DNA of 64,000 nucleotides from a virus (IMGVR_UViG_3300035507_000332); one strand, 5' to 3'; shown: positions 8,445 through 19,539, numbered from the stretch's first letter. The notes: generated by a model from the letters alone, not told the origin. Numbers and translations: made by a program.

Positions 8445-11362
8445 AGCATTTTGAATTTAAATCTCTTATTCGAGGAAGCAAGGGTAAAGGTGGCAGTAGT
8501 GGTACTGTTGACCCTGCTTATTTGACGCCTCCTAGCGTTACTTCTGGAGACGCAATTATCAACAATATGACGTTCCAGTCTCTGGACCTCATATCCGAAG
8601 GACCTATTCAAGGATTTGTCGACGAGCAAGGATATCAGACTTACGTGTCAGATGGCTCTTTTTTCAAGTCTGTTTATTTGGATGAAAGCCCGATTAGAAA
8701 CGGCAATGGCAGCTACAATTACCAACGAGTAAAAGCCGATGCTAGGTTAGGGTATTCCGATCAGTCGTATATTTCTACGATTAACCGTCCGTCGATGGAA
8801 TATTCTATTAGCAAGACCTTATATGGACCTTATGTCTATAACACAGGAGAAAACTTAGCGAAATACGGCAAAAGCTCTGTAGACAACCGTCCTGCTGTAA
8901 AACTTGCTAACTCTACATCAAAGGGGACTAACTATTCTTATTGGGCGGACGAATCCGTTTCTCATTCTGGATTAGAGGCCCTTTGGGAAACATATACAAT
9001 TAAAGACAAGAGTTGTAGATATTTTTCATTCACTCTTGGCGTTAGTTCTCTTTATGATACGGCGTGCGTAGATACAGAACACGGTTACCAGGATGGGCCT
9101 GTTTTTGAAACAGACTGGTGGTCTGGGAAGTTACACGTAACATCCAGCGATTCTGTTTACAAAGCAGGTGAAACTTACGGGACTATTGTAGAATTTACGG
9201 TTGAATGGGGAAGATTAACTACAAGTGGCGTTGAACAACTCCGAGGCTCTAAGAATTTTACTATTTGGGGGTATGCTCAATCGACATCTTACATCGACTT
9301 CGGCTTAAACAACTACAACACGAATCCAAGTAAAACGTTCTATGGTGTTTTACAAGGGAACATGCAGACGTTTGATTTCCCTAGTGGATGGGATGGGAGC
9401 GATACTGAATACAAATTTATCCGATTCAAGAGAAAGACGCCAGAAACTTATTCAACGCTCATCAAGAGAAACATTGGTATTTCTAAGGTTACAGAGTACA
9501 CGCCTGTTTTCGTCAAGTATCCGTTGTGTGCATTAGGAGCTATCAAGGGCGACTCTAAGATTTTCACTCAAGTACCTAAGAGAAACTACCACGTTCGGTT
9601 GATGAAGGTGTTTACACCTAACAATTATCGACCTCTTATCACCTCTGGGGGCAAGATCTACGACAGAAGACGATATAAGGTAGCAGCGAACAAACCAAAG
9701 ACAATTGAAACTCTGACGGTCTATAAAGACACGTGGGATTACAAGACTCTCATCAAGCAATGGACGGACAACCCAGTTTGGATTGCGCTTGACTTGCTTA
9801 CTAGCCCTCGATACGGGCTAGGGGCTTACATTACGATGGAAGACATTGACATGTTCTCATTCTACGAAGCGGCTAGGTATTGTGACGACGTAGATGATGA
9901 TGGACTGTTCGTAGGAGCTTCTGATGGATACGGAGGGCTAGAGCCTTTGTATCATTGCTCTGTTCATATCAAGGAGCGCATGAACACATTGGAAGTTTTG
10001 AATTCAGTGCTCAGCTTGTTTGACGGCTCTCTTTACTGGGAGAGTGGGAAGATTTCCATTACCTACACAGCTGCCGCCTCACGAGTTCGAGCGATGTTCA
10101 ACAATCGAAACGTCATTGACGGCGTATTTTCCTATACATCAACCAAGCGAGATTCTCGATTCAACGTCGTTGAAGTTACCTATCAGGACCAGACAGACTT
10201 ATATAGAACTTCTATCGAGTACCGAACAAACGAACAAGACGTCAAGCAAAATGGTCCGATTAAAAATGCGATGAATGCTTGGGGCTGTACGTCTAAAGGA
10301 ATGGCGAGACGTATTGGAGATAGGTACTTAACGGCGAACAACCGAGATATTCAATCTGTATCTTTTGCGGTTGGCTACGAAGGCTTATTGTTGCAACTCA
10401 ACGACATCATTGTCATTGACGATGACTTAATGAATCTTACTGACAACTACGGTAGGTTGGTGAATGTAGAATACGTCGAAGACTTGATTAGACCAGGGAA
10501 TCCAGACGCCTACGAAGATGAAGACAAGGAAGACATCTACGACAAGTATTGCGTGCTAACAGTAGATACAGTCATCGACAACGAGAGATACGACGAAATT
10601 CTCAACATCTCAGTCTACCGCTCTAACCCTAACATTAAGAAAACAAGCGCAGGGGCATTCAGCCCTGAAACGATTTATTCTTATACAATTTCAAAGTGGT
10701 GGGTTGACGAAGAGAAGGGATACACCTACTTCAAAATCGACAAGAAGTACATCGGCGAAGAAGTGGGAGGGTTTATGATAGGCACAACCGTCTCTATCCA
10801 GACAAAGGATTACGCCTCACAAATCTTCCGTATTGCCACTGTAACCGACAACAACAACGGTACGTTTAACATTACAGCTACATACGTTTCTCACGAGGAA
10901 TACGCAGAGATTGCCGAGAAGCTTGCTAACCACTATTTGACAGTTGCAGAACTAAACGGATTGCCTATCATTTCCAACAATGGTTCTATTCTGAATCCAG
11001 ACGCTGATGACGAAGAAGACTATTCCGACGCACGAATGGAACAAATTAACAGCGAATACGACAAGATGATGGGTATTCTCAAAGCTCCTGACAAATTTGA
11101 TGTAACTGGATACATCGACGACACTCGACCTGTTAATGGGGTCTACATGGGAGATCTTTTCTTAAATTGGGAACTTGTAGATAACGCTTCTGGATATCAG
11201 ATCAAGGTAAAGAATTCATCAAACAAGGTTGTTTATAATGCTACTGTAGATGACCCAGTTGGTTCTGCTAATTCTCGACTTGAAAGTGCTACTTCGGATT
11301 ACAATGCAGCGAAAGCGGCTTTGGATGCCTTTTACGAAGAGAATCCAAGATACAAAGTCTAA
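8441..11362 (+). CDS. lambda gpJ-like tip attachment / central tail fibre protein
   Basis: LDLISEGPIQG, WTDNPVWIALDLLTSPRYGLG, YCDD, GCTSKGMARRIG. Confidence 0.9.
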   Translation: MKHFEFKSLIRGSKGKGGSSGTVDPAYLTPPSVTSGDAIINNMTFQSLDLISEGPIQGFVDEQGYQTYVSDGSFFKSVYLDESPIRNGNGSYNYQRVKADARLGYSDQSYISTINRPSMEYSISKTLYGPYVYNTGENLAKYGKSSVDNRPAVKLANSTSKGTNYSYWADESVSHSGLEALWETYTIKDKSCRYFSFTLGVSSLYDTACVDTEHGYQDGPVFETDWWSGKLHVTSSDSVYKAGETYGTIVEFTVEWGRLTTSGVEQLRGSKNFTIWGYAQSTSYIDFGLNNYNTNPSKTFYGVLQGNMQTFDFPSGWDGSDTEYKFIRFKRKTPETYSTLIKRNIGISKVTEYTPVFVKYPLCALGAIKGDSKIFTQVPKRNYHVRLMKVFTPNNYRPLITSGGKIYDRRRYKVAANKPKTIETLTVYKDTWDYKTLIKQWTDNPVWIALDLLTSPRYGLGAYITMEDIDMFSFYEAARYCDDVDDDGLFVGASDGYGGLEPLYHCSVHIKERMNTLEVLNSVLSLFDGSLYWESGKISITYTAAASRVRAMFNNRNVIDGVFSYTSTKRDSRFNVVEVTYQDQTDLYRTSIEYRTNEQDVKQNGPIKNAMNAWGCTSKGMARRIGDRYLTANNRDIQSVSFAVGYEGLLLQLNDIIVIDDDLMNLTDNYGRLVNVEYVEDLIRPGNPDAYEDEDKEDIYDKYCVLTVDTVIDNERYDEILNISVYRSNPNIKKTSAGAFSPETIYSYTISKWWVDEEKGYTYFKIDKKYIGEEVGGFMIGTTVSIQTKDYASQIFRIATVTDNNNGTFNITATYVSHEEYAEIAEKLANHYLTVAELNGLPIISNNGSILNPDADDEEDYSDARMEQINSEYDKMMGILKAPDKFDVTGYIDDTRPVNGVYMGDLFLNWELVDNASGYQIKVKNSSNKVVYNATVDDPVGSANSRLESATSDYNAAKAALDAFYEENPRYKV

Positions 11363-11392
11363 AGACATCCTCAACAAATACAAATAAAACAA

Positions 11393-11713
11393 ATGAGTAT
11401 TTCATCTAACATTCTTAATTCTGCTTTAGCGGCTACAAGCAAATACGACAAATTGACTCTTCTCGAACAAGCTGTGGAAGAAGCGAGAGCAGAGCTTCAA
11501 GAAGCAACTAGTGAATATCAAGCGGTTAAGGACACAGAGAGTTCGTCCTTGACTATTGAGCTATCCTCTGATTTGTATAGCGTTTCAATTTGGACGGTGA
11601 ACGCAGGGAATTTACCTAGCCGTTACCCAAATACGGTTCAATACTATTTGGTCGATGAAGGCTTAAAACTTAGAAGTCCAGAAATTACAGATATTACTGT
11701 AGAAGGAAATTAA
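11393..11713 (+). CDS. in-frame C-terminal continuation of the gpJ-like protein (coiled coil plus second half of an FN3 domain)
   Basis: same frame as 8441-11362, separated by one TAA and 10 sense codons; YSVSIWTVN FN3-like strand. Confidence 0.6.
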   Translation: MSISSNILNSALAATSKYDKLTLLEQAVEEARAELQEATSEYQAVKDTESSSLTIELSSDLYSVSIWTVNAGNLPSRYPNTVQYYLVDEGLKLRSPEITDITVEGN

Positions 11714-11714
11714 A

Positions 11715-14549
11715 ATGGCTGACGAAGAAGAAGTAACAGAAATAACGCTTGGTAGTTCCGCAGAAATCGGAAGCCTTAAAGTGTTCAGCTATTCTATAAG
11801 CGGAAGACCTTGTATTTATATTGAAGGAGAAGATAGAGCGCACAACATCTTAACTTCCCAAGGCGACTATCAAACTTCTGTTTTTCAGCCGTTTCTTCAG
11901 ATTTGGCGAGGGTATGGTACAGAAGAGGGGCAATACGACAAAACTGCCTACTATCTTCTGGACGAGTATAGGACAAACCCCATATATGAATTCGATGCAG
12001 AGCTGAATGTTAGAAAGTATAGGTTTTTGATTCGCCTATACGACAAAATGCCGTTGGAAGACGAGTATACGAATTTTGACCAAGCAATTGTAGATGTAAC
12101 GATTTCTGCTCCTTTCTTTCAATACGTCGCTGTCCAAGACTGTAGAGAAAGAGCTAGTGATTCAGACTCTCCTGAAGAGTACGAATTTGAGTCTATTGAA
12201 GGAAAAGCTTCTGTTTTCGCCTACATGAAGGCAGGTACTAGCATTGAAAGAATTGAAGTATATGCTTCTACTGAAGGTGAAGACTTCGAGCCAAGTGCGG
12301 ACAATTATATTAAGACGATCTACCCTAACGCCAACGAGTACAACTTAGGACAATCGTATAATAAAGTACAGTTCGATATTACCAACGAAATCGAGTGGTA
12401 CCAAGATTATTATATCAAGCTTATCCCTTATGATAATATTGGGCCAGGTGCTACATATACTACGTATGGTTATATTTGCGGATCTACAGGAGGAGATTCC
12501 TGCTTGATGGTAAAATGTATTGACTTTATTGTTGACGAAGGATACGGAGGAGGAACTTCGTACATCGAAGAGAATACGGTCTTTTACAAGTACGTTAATG
12601 AGTGTCCATACCCGATAGATTCTTTCTATACGACAGACTGGAATACAGCTTATTACGAACTATCTGCGTCCTCTTATTATGGGACGTATTATAGAGAGTA
12701 CATGTTCGTAGCAAACCCTTATGGGGATTATGCAGAGAGTTCGGTTGGGGGAACTCACCTCGAAGTTTTTAACTCTGTGTTGGACATGAATGTTAGGCAC
12801 TACATCATTGGCAAGGCAGCGGCTTTGGTAATTGATGTGAATGGTCCAGAATACGCAGACACTAGACGAGAGATAGAATTCGACGCTTGCGATTGGGGTA
12901 CTGTGCAAAACACAATCCAAGAATATAATTGCCAGGAAAAGAAAGACTCAGATAAAGAAAAGGCAAAAGAGTATTACCTACAATATTTAGAAGATTGGGA
13001 TAATGGGCGAAAGAGTTTGATTCAAGTCTGGTTCAATATTGGCAACAAAGATATTTTCCAAGCTTATTCAGAGATAACAGCGTTTTCTATCTATTCTATC
13101 TATAACGAAGAAGGCCTGAACGCCTTAAAAGATACTCGAATAGCTATTGGTTATCAGTGGCAGAGCGCAAACGGAGAGTATGTTTTTATTCCTCTCATTT
13201 TTTCAGAGCCAGTAGAACAAAGATTCTCCGAAGAGTACGACACGTCAGAATATAACAGCACTTACAAGGATATCATCCCAACGAGAAGAATTGTAGAGAA
13301 TAGATATACGTTCTCTCAGTACCCAGAAAACTTCTTCGGAGAGGACAATGCAGATAAGCAGGTTGTTTTCAGAAAGACTGTTGTTTCTGGGCAAGGAGGA
13401 CTTTCTTCTGAGTATTTTTCTAAAGTTACAAAGGATAGGTATTACGTTTATTTCTATAGAGCAAAGCCAGCAGAGGATGGAAGTTATGTTCGTTTAGCGG
13501 AAGAGCCGAAATTCTGGTATGGTCTAATGGCTAATACTACTACTTACTCTAATATAACAAACACTGCTACATATCCTACCACAAACAAAGAGAATTTGTT
13601 ATACGGAAGGTTTAAGTTCTTTTACGAGTCTTCCTTTACAGGAGAAATTTCCGAAAGAATTTTCAATATGCCTATTGCGAGTTCTATAGAAGCGACAACA
13701 CAAGGCCAAGTTTGTACGACATATGCTTTTCCTGCACGAGGGGTTAGGCAACCTCAATATTCTTACAAGTCAAAATACGAGGGGGAATTACTAGACGCTG
13801 AAAAAACGGAATACATCTTCGATTATGGGTGGCTCATGATTGGGGACGTTAATGGAGAAGACGTCTCAAAAATCAAGACAATGAGCTTTATTGTTCCTAA
13901 CGAAGAAATCCAAGGCGATATTGTAGCGAGAAGAGTTAGATTGGAATTTCACTACCGATCGGATGATTATGAAACTTGCTATTGGAGTACTTCTGGAGAG
14001 GCTCAAGAGGATACCTATGAAGTAGATGGTATTACGTATTATGGGGTAAAATTCTCAAGCATTGATATTCCCTACTACAAAGATTCTAAAACAGGGTGGA
14101 AGGTCTATGCTATCGAGCAGGATGATACAATCTTGCCAAGGAGTTTCCCTGTTTGCGTTTCCAACGGAATCATTACTGTAAAGCATGTTTACAACAACAG
14201 TAACCACAGGTACACGAAAGACTATAACGACAAAAAGAAAGAAATGCTTCAAAACGGTTCTGCAATAGATGAGATCGTGAAACTTACTTATAGCTATCCA
14301 GATTTGCCTCCGAGCGAGCCAGAGCATACACGGAATCTTCTTATTGTAGGTGAGTGGTTTGGGCTGTTTTCTACAAACGAATCAAAAGAGTGCAATATCA
14401 CGTACAACAAGAGAAAATACGGCGTTACAAGACCGATTGTTACAGATTGCTTCTTTAACGCCAACCGAGTTGGTATGTACATGGAACTTGAGCCTTACTG
14501 GACGTTTGATAACCCTGTTAAGGTGAAGGGATTCCGCAAGACTTACTAA
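11715..14549 (+). CDS. large Tyr-rich putative virion/tail protein
   Basis: 944-aa ORF directly after the tail-tip operon. Confidence 0.6.
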   Translation: MADEEEVTEITLGSSAEIGSLKVFSYSISGRPCIYIEGEDRAHNILTSQGDYQTSVFQPFLQIWRGYGTEEGQYDKTAYYLLDEYRTNPIYEFDAELNVRKYRFLIRLYDKMPLEDEYTNFDQAIVDVTISAPFFQYVAVQDCRERASDSDSPEEYEFESIEGKASVFAYMKAGTSIERIEVYASTEGEDFEPSADNYIKTIYPNANEYNLGQSYNKVQFDITNEIEWYQDYYIKLIPYDNIGPGATYTTYGYICGSTGGDSCLMVKCIDFIVDEGYGGGTSYIEENTVFYKYVNECPYPIDSFYTTDWNTAYYELSASSYYGTYYREYMFVANPYGDYAESSVGGTHLEVFNSVLDMNVRHYIIGKAAALVIDVNGPEYADTRREIEFDACDWGTVQNTIQEYNCQEKKDSDKEKAKEYYLQYLEDWDNGRKSLIQVWFNIGNKDIFQAYSEITAFSIYSIYNEEGLNALKDTRIAIGYQWQSANGEYVFIPLIFSEPVEQRFSEEYDTSEYNSTYKDIIPTRRIVENRYTFSQYPENFFGEDNADKQVVFRKTVVSGQGGLSSEYFSKVTKDRYYVYFYRAKPAEDGSYVRLAEEPKFWYGLMANTTTYSNITNTATYPTTNKENLLYGRFKFFYESSFTGEISERIFNMPIASSIEATTQGQVCTTYAFPARGVRQPQYSYKSKYEGELLDAEKTEYIFDYGWLMIGDVNGEDVSKIKTMSFIVPNEEIQGDIVARRVRLEFHYRSDDYETCYWSTSGEAQEDTYEVDGITYYGVKFSSIDIPYYKDSKTGWKVYAIEQDDTILPRSFPVCVSNGIITVKHVYNNSNHRYTKDYNDKKKEMLQNGSAIDEIVKLTYSYPDLPPSEPEHTRNLLIVGEWFGLFSTNESKECNITYNKRKYGVTRPIVTDCFFNANRVGMYMELEPYWTFDNPVKVKGFRKTY

Positions 14550-14554
14550 CAAAG

Positions 14555-14593
14555 AAAAACCGCTAGGTTGCCCTAGCGGTTTTTTCTTTTTCT
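14555..14593. terminator. bidirectional intrinsic terminator
   Basis: AAAAACCGCTAGG-TTGC-CCTAGCGGTTTTTT between convergent genes. Confidence 0.8.
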
Positions 14594-15952
14594 TTGGTTA
14601 TTCCTCATAGAGAGGCAGACGCCACCACAATCCCAGATTCTGTTCATCTTAGCTCTTGAAGATCGGCGGAGGCGTTTGTTAGCGAACGCTTGAGAATACC
14701 GCTTATTGTCGATGGTATAGAAGAATTCAGGGTGAGACGGAGGCTTCATCGAAAAGCCAGCAGAGGCAAGCTCTTTACCATTATCCCACCGACGATTCAA
14801 GCGAGCATAGACATCACCCTTGTAGCGACGGAAGAATTCATCCATGATAACCTTCCAGCAATCTTTGATATCAAAGTTAGGCAAATGACAATACCGCTCT
14901 AAAATCCATTCTGAGGGCACAGATTGCGTCTTCTCGTGCTTAGAGAACGTCATTAGGGCAATTAGTCTATCTCCGTCATAAAGGCCCATTCTGACGTAAC
15001 TAGGAGACGGTCCTTCGAGATGATACCGCTTTAGGAATTTTTTAGCATCGGCAGTGAGGACAAGTTTGACAGTACAGAGGTTCGCATCAATGACATGTTC
15101 GTTACGTCCGAGAACGTCCTTCAGCATAGCAGTGACGATAGAACGTTTATTACGCCACTCATCCTCGAAGATATGGATAAGGCGAACTCCGTGGGATTCA
15201 GCATCCTTCGTTTTAGAAACGTGGTAAAACTTATCCTTGCCACGTTCTTCGGTATGCCAGTAGAGACCGTCACATTCAATGCCAAGCTTCTTATTGGGGA
15301 TGTAGATATCGATTTCTCTATCACCAAGAATTCTCTTAGTATTGGGGACAATGGTAAAGTCCAACGTAGCGATATACTCAATGACTTCCTTCTCAAATTG
15401 AGAATTGGTAGAGCTATGGCACTTAGGGCAAGTAAGGAATTTGTCTAATTGGGTAGACAGCACCGAGAACGTTTCATCACAAGAGAGGCAGTGGATTTTG
15501 AATTTCTCACGGCAAGCCTTGCCCTTGTACTCCTCCTTCGTAAAAAGAGGCTCTAAACCATTAGCGTGAAGTCTTTCAGCCAAACGGTTATAACTATTAG
15601 CCAGAGCAGCAGGACGCCTTTTCCCACGGTAGATTTCAGACTTGCGCCAACAAGCTTTGCAACAGTAGTCGCTTGTTGTTTTTACCACCTTCGAGTAAGG
15701 AATGAAATTTCCACAGGTGAGGCATCTTCTCAACTCAATACCCTTGATACAGCTATGAAACCACTTAAACGGCGATTCATAAGCTTTATTGCTATAGAAC
15801 TTAGACCTACAAAATTTCCTAAGTCTCTTATCTCTTTTAAAGCACTCTCGGAGTTCAGCTAATGATAGACCAGCATAATATTCTTTGAGGCTTTCTACAG
15901 TGAGGTTTTTATCTTCGGGGAAGAGAGGTCTGGGGTTCCAGCGGTTGGACAT
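14573..15952 (-). CDS. free-standing putative homing endonuclease (Vsr/DUF559-like, Hef-type) with zinc fingers
   Basis: CxxC pairs, SQFEKEV, EIDIYIPNKKLGIECDGLYWH, LIHIFEDEW, RIWDCG. Confidence 0.75.
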   Translation of the reverse strand: MSNRWNPRPLFPEDKNLTVESLKEYYAGLSLAELRECFKRDKRLRKFCRSKFYSNKAYESPFKWFHSCIKGIELRRCLTCGNFIPYSKVVKTTSDYCCKACWRKSEIYRGKRRPAALANSYNRLAERLHANGLEPLFTKEEYKGKACREKFKIHCLSCDETFSVLSTQLDKFLTCPKCHSSTNSQFEKEVIEYIATLDFTIVPNTKRILGDREIDIYIPNKKLGIECDGLYWHTEERGKDKFYHVSKTKDAESHGVRLIHIFEDEWRNKRSIVTAMLKDVLGRNEHVIDANLCTVKLVLTADAKKFLKRYHLEGPSPSYVRMGLYDGDRLIALMTFSKHEKTQSVPSEWILERYCHLPNFDIKDCWKVIMDEFFRRYKGDVYARLNRRWDNGKELASAGFSMKPPSHPEFFYTIDNKRYSQAFANKRLRRSSRAKMNRIWDCGGVCLSMRNNQRKRKNR

Positions 15953-15955
15953 AAA

Positions 15956-16663
15956 TTAGTTTTTGGAATCTTCTTTAGCTTCTTGAAGAGCGGAGAGTTT
16001 TTCCACAGAGAGGATTCTGTAAATTTTACTTGGTACTTTAGTCATAGCATCAACATCTTCAGAAGACAAGATAGTTTTGCGAAGATAATGAATACAAATG
16101 AAACCTATAGTAATTCCTTCTTCCGAATTTATAGGTAGAGTGTAAACAGTTTCAGTACCACTGTTAGCAAGTATTTGAGTGAGATAGGGGTCGTATTCTT
16201 CGCTATCAATATCCGATTGAAAAATGTAAGGTTCGGTAGGAGAGCCAACCTTCCAACGACGGAAAATGACATAGGGAAGATTTAAAAACCAAGGGGAAAC
16301 ACTACAAACGCCTTGGTCTAACGATTCAAAAGCGCAGGATACTTTTAACAGGTGGTTGCCATTCGCAAAAACCTCCCCATTATGGTAAAGAAAAACAAGC
16401 ACCCTATCTGCGCTAAAGCGTTGTCTTGTATCTGCAAGGAAAGTTTGGATGATTCTATTTTTGCTTATTGTATCTCCAACAGTTTTTTGGCTTTTTTTAA
16501 CACAATTTTCATTGACAGGTTCTTGTTTTTTATCCACTCTTTTCAAGAAGTGATAACCTGTTCCACCGACGCAAGCGGCAGCGATATAGCCAACAAGATT
16601 GGTTATCGAGATAATCGAGTCGTGAACGTTGGAGTCCGCCAGTAAATCTATAAATTCTAACAT
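15956..16663 (-). CDS. N-terminal TM plus GAF-like domain protein (possible T4 gpT-type holin)
   Basis: hydrophobic N-terminal segment; ADRVLVFLYHNG and LPI...IGFICIHY are GAF-like. Confidence 0.5.
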   Translation of the reverse strand: MLEFIDLLADSNVHDSIISITNLVGYIAAACVGGTGYHFLKRVDKKQEPVNENCVKKSQKTVGDTISKNRIIQTFLADTRQRFSADRVLVFLYHNGEVFANGNHLLKVSCAFESLDQGVCSVSPWFLNLPYVIFRRWKVGSPTEPYIFQSDIDSEEYDPYLTQILANSGTETVYTLPINSEEGITIGFICIHYLRKTILSSEDVDAMTKVPSKIYRILSVEKLSALQEAKEDSKN

Positions 16664-16693
16664 TTTATAACCTCACCGCATAAAGATTTAACA

Positions 16694-17491
16694 ATGGGGA
16701 CAGTTTTTTCTATTATTTACACCGAGGATGAACGGTTACCGTGGTTCTCGGCAGAATCTTTTAGAACAAAGGTAGAAAAGCACGTCAGAGAAGTGTATCC
16801 AGGTAGAGACGTAGAATTTGAAGTGCTACCTAAAAGCAAAGGTACACAAGAATCATTCAATGCTCTGAAATTCCGCCACACAAACAAACAAGGCGTGGCT
16901 CTCATAGATACGGATTTTCGCTTTGTGACGTTCGATGGTTGGGCATTGTGCATTGAGAAATTCATGCAAGGCTTTTCAGTAGACCTACCATTCTTCAAGG
17001 CGGTACAACAGAACAGCAAAGCAAAAGCATTCCTAGACGACCAGTTCGACTGCTTAGAAAAGAGCGTGGACTTCTCCTTACTCAAAGACGAGTCATTGGA
17101 AATGCTACGCAAGCGAGGGAATGCCGAAGGCAAGTTGTACATTTACGAATTTTTCTTCACGTGGGAATACCCCTACTACAGAAAAGTTAGGTCTACAGAA
17201 ATTATTGCCAAGGGATATACGGAAGTCCGTAGAATCTACTGGATGGAAAATCCACGGATGAGAGAAATCTTGACTAACGAACTCAAGAAAGAGTTGGCAG
17301 AGTTCGCCTTGGCAGATGCACGAGAGTCTACAGATACAACAAACTTCAAGACTCTCATCATATTCAGAAGCCTAGGGGCAGACGCTCAAGAGGTAGAGAT
17401 CGACTTGAGCAACAGAGGTTCTCTCATTTGCCGAGAAGCATGGGGAGAAGCGGTATTTGGTTCAGAAGACTATGTTTTGAAGAATTTATGA
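16694..17491 (+). CDS. hypothetical protein
   Basis: 265-aa ORF, first of an overlapping operon. Confidence 0.65.
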   Translation: MGTVFSIIYTEDERLPWFSAESFRTKVEKHVREVYPGRDVEFEVLPKSKGTQESFNALKFRHTNKQGVALIDTDFRFVTFDGWALCIEKFMQGFSVDLPFFKAVQQNSKAKAFLDDQFDCLEKSVDFSLLKDESLEMLRKRGNAEGKLYIYEFFFTWEYPYYRKVRSTEIIAKGYTEVRRIYWMENPRMREILTNELKKELAEFALADARESTDTTNFKTLIIFRSLGADAQEVEIDLSNRGSLICREAWGEAVFGSEDYVLKNL

Positions 17492-17940
17492 AGATAGACT
17501 TGGTTTGCGTATTTGTTCCTAAGCATAGTCCGTATTTTGCAGACGATGCAAAGCTAAAAGAATTTCGGGTATGGCTACAGAGATATCACCCTGAAGCCGA
17601 CATCATATACATGTGCGGAGATTGGAACAGAAGTCAGCAGATAAACGAATTCATCGACTGCGAATTCACCCCAGAAAAGAAGGACAGCTTCCTTGCTAAC
17701 GTCATCCGCAACACCCTCTACGAAATCCACAGGAGAGGTATAGACAACGTAAGGCACGTTTATTTGCTCTTAGATGTAAAACCATTCTACGAGAAAGAGT
17801 TGATTACAGACCTAAAGGTAGAAGTAGACGACCACGTGCTATACGGAGAAGTCCTAGACGTAGATGTTCTACTAAGCATGACGCTTGGGCGTGAGCCAGA
17901 GAAGCATGTAAATTTCAAAGCAAAATCATTCAAGCTGTGA
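17488..17940 (+). CDS. hypothetical protein
   Basis: ATGA-coupled start (MKIDLV) within ORF 17428-17940. Confidence 0.6.
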   Translation: MKIDLVCVFVPKHSPYFADDAKLKEFRVWLQRYHPEADIIYMCGDWNRSQQINEFIDCEFTPEKKDSFLANVIRNTLYEIHRRGIDNVRHVYLLLDVKPFYEKELITDLKVEVDDHVLYGEVLDVDVLLSMTLGREPEKHVNFKAKSFKL

Positions 17941-18512
17941 TTCTTCAACTGATTGACGATGGCAAAGCCACGAGGCAACAAATCGAGGATGCGCTTAAAG
18001 CGATTGAGGCAAAGATAGACGACATACAGAGATTCTACTTTGCCTTTGAGGACAGCGGATTTAACTTCAGCGATGGCGGAGTCTACTACCGATTCCACGA
18101 CTACATCAGAATTCCCAACGATATTGACGAGATAAAATTCTCACTCAACAAAAAGAATTTCGAGCGGAATTTTGACGTATTCTTTTCATTCTTCGGCAAG
18201 ACAAACCAAGATATCGAAGCTACGTACGACAACGAAAGTTGCCTAAACGGCGTCATCTTAGAGTTGTTTTTGAAAGCGTGGGATGAGAAGATGTACCCAC
18301 TAGAGCCACTGTACCTACCAACGTCAGAGACTCTTCATATTATCAGAGAAGGAGAAGATTCTTTCTTTCAGCTTGAAAAAGCAAAGTTGACTCCACCTAA
18401 TGGGGTTATTTCCTTACCAGAAGGACCGAACGCATGTGTAGGCGAGAGAATGACTTACATCTATTGGCGTGATACCGTCTGGAAGGTAGAAACAAATAGA
18501 ATATTTTTATGA
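17937..18512 (+). CDS. hypothetical protein
   Basis: 191-aa ORF, 4-bp overlaps at both ends. Confidence 0.6.
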   Translation: MILQLIDDGKATRQQIEDALKAIEAKIDDIQRFYFAFEDSGFNFSDGGVYYRFHDYIRIPNDIDEIKFSLNKKNFERNFDVFFSFFGKTNQDIEATYDNESCLNGVILELFLKAWDEKMYPLEPLYLPTSETLHIIREGEDSFFQLEKAKLTPPNGVISLPEGPNACVGERMTYIYWRDTVWKVETNRIFL

Positions 18513-19228
18513 ATGGGCGTTTTAAAAAGATGTGTCCAAAAGTCTACGTAGTCTCATTGCCTACAGACATCAGGAGACGTGCGCACACAGAGGACATACT
18601 CAAACCTTACGCTATTGAGCCAGAATTTATCGACGGCGTAATTGTCGAAGATATAGGCGAGGATATGTTCAAGCACCCAGGGTTCTACAAAGATATTGGG
18701 GATGCTACAGAGGAAGAAGTTCTCACGTACAGAAAGAGAATTTGTGGGGTGACTCAGGCGCATTTGCACGCACTAAAGAAAGGCATAGAAAATGCGGAAG
18801 AAGAGAACTCTCTGATATTCCTCATTCTGGAAGACGACATCGAACTTTGCGAAGACTTCGACGAAGCAGTTATCAACCTTTACGACAAGCTCGAATCCGA
18901 CAACAGAAATTGGATAGCGTGCAACCTACAGGTGCGCATGTATAGCTCAATGGCAGGCAAAAACAAGAAAGACCAGATAGCCAACGATACCTACTACAAA
19001 GGCACGACATGGGGACACCAAGGCTACATGTACAATTGCCGTGAATTGCCTAGGCTCAAGGACTTTTACCACGTCCTCAAGTACGGATGCCAAGAAGAAA
19101 TTGACAACTTCTACACACGCTTAGTCAATCACTTCAACCTTTATGGGTCTATTATTCCGATTGTTGCCCAGAAGGACGACTTCGTATCCAACATTTCCAC
19201 TAGAAACGACTACATCAACAACATATGA
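18509..19228 (+). CDS. GT25 glycosyltransferase
   Basis: YVVSL...RR, FIDGV, G..xAHL, LILEDD. Confidence 0.8.
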   Translation: MNGRFKKMCPKVYVVSLPTDIRRRAHTEDILKPYAIEPEFIDGVIVEDIGEDMFKHPGFYKDIGDATEEEVLTYRKRICGVTQAHLHALKKGIENAEEENSLIFLILEDDIELCEDFDEAVINLYDKLESDNRNWIACNLQVRMYSSMAGKNKKDQIANDTYYKGTTWGHQGYMYNCRELPRLKDFYHVLKYGCQEEIDNFYTRLVNHFNLYGSIIPIVAQKDDFVSNISTRNDYINNI

Positions 19229-19539
19229 CCCCTATCTACGGCAAACCAGATTTTGAGAAAATTGTTGAACGAGGCAAGGGAATTATTGTCGTCAAATTTT
19301 GGCGAGAGAATTGTCCGCCATGCCAGAGAGTATCACAGCTCCTTCACGATTGGGAAGACCTGGAAGAAGTACCTGCGACCTACTATTCAGTGAATCCAAA
19401 GGACAGAGGCAATTGGAACATCTGTAGGAAGTACAAGGTACAATTCTTCCCCACTGTATTGACATTCAAAGACGGAGTCCTTATAAATACATGCGAAGGC
19501 TCATTACCAAGTAAAAAAATGGTTTTGGGGCTGGATTAA
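19225..19539 (+). CDS. thioredoxin
   Basis: VKFW..CPPC, PTVLTFKDG. Confidence 0.85.
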   Translation: MTPIYGKPDFEKIVERGKGIIVVKFWRENCPPCQRVSQLLHDWEDLEEVPATYYSVNPKDRGNWNICRKYKVQFFPTVLTFKDGVLINTCEGSLPSKKMVLGLD

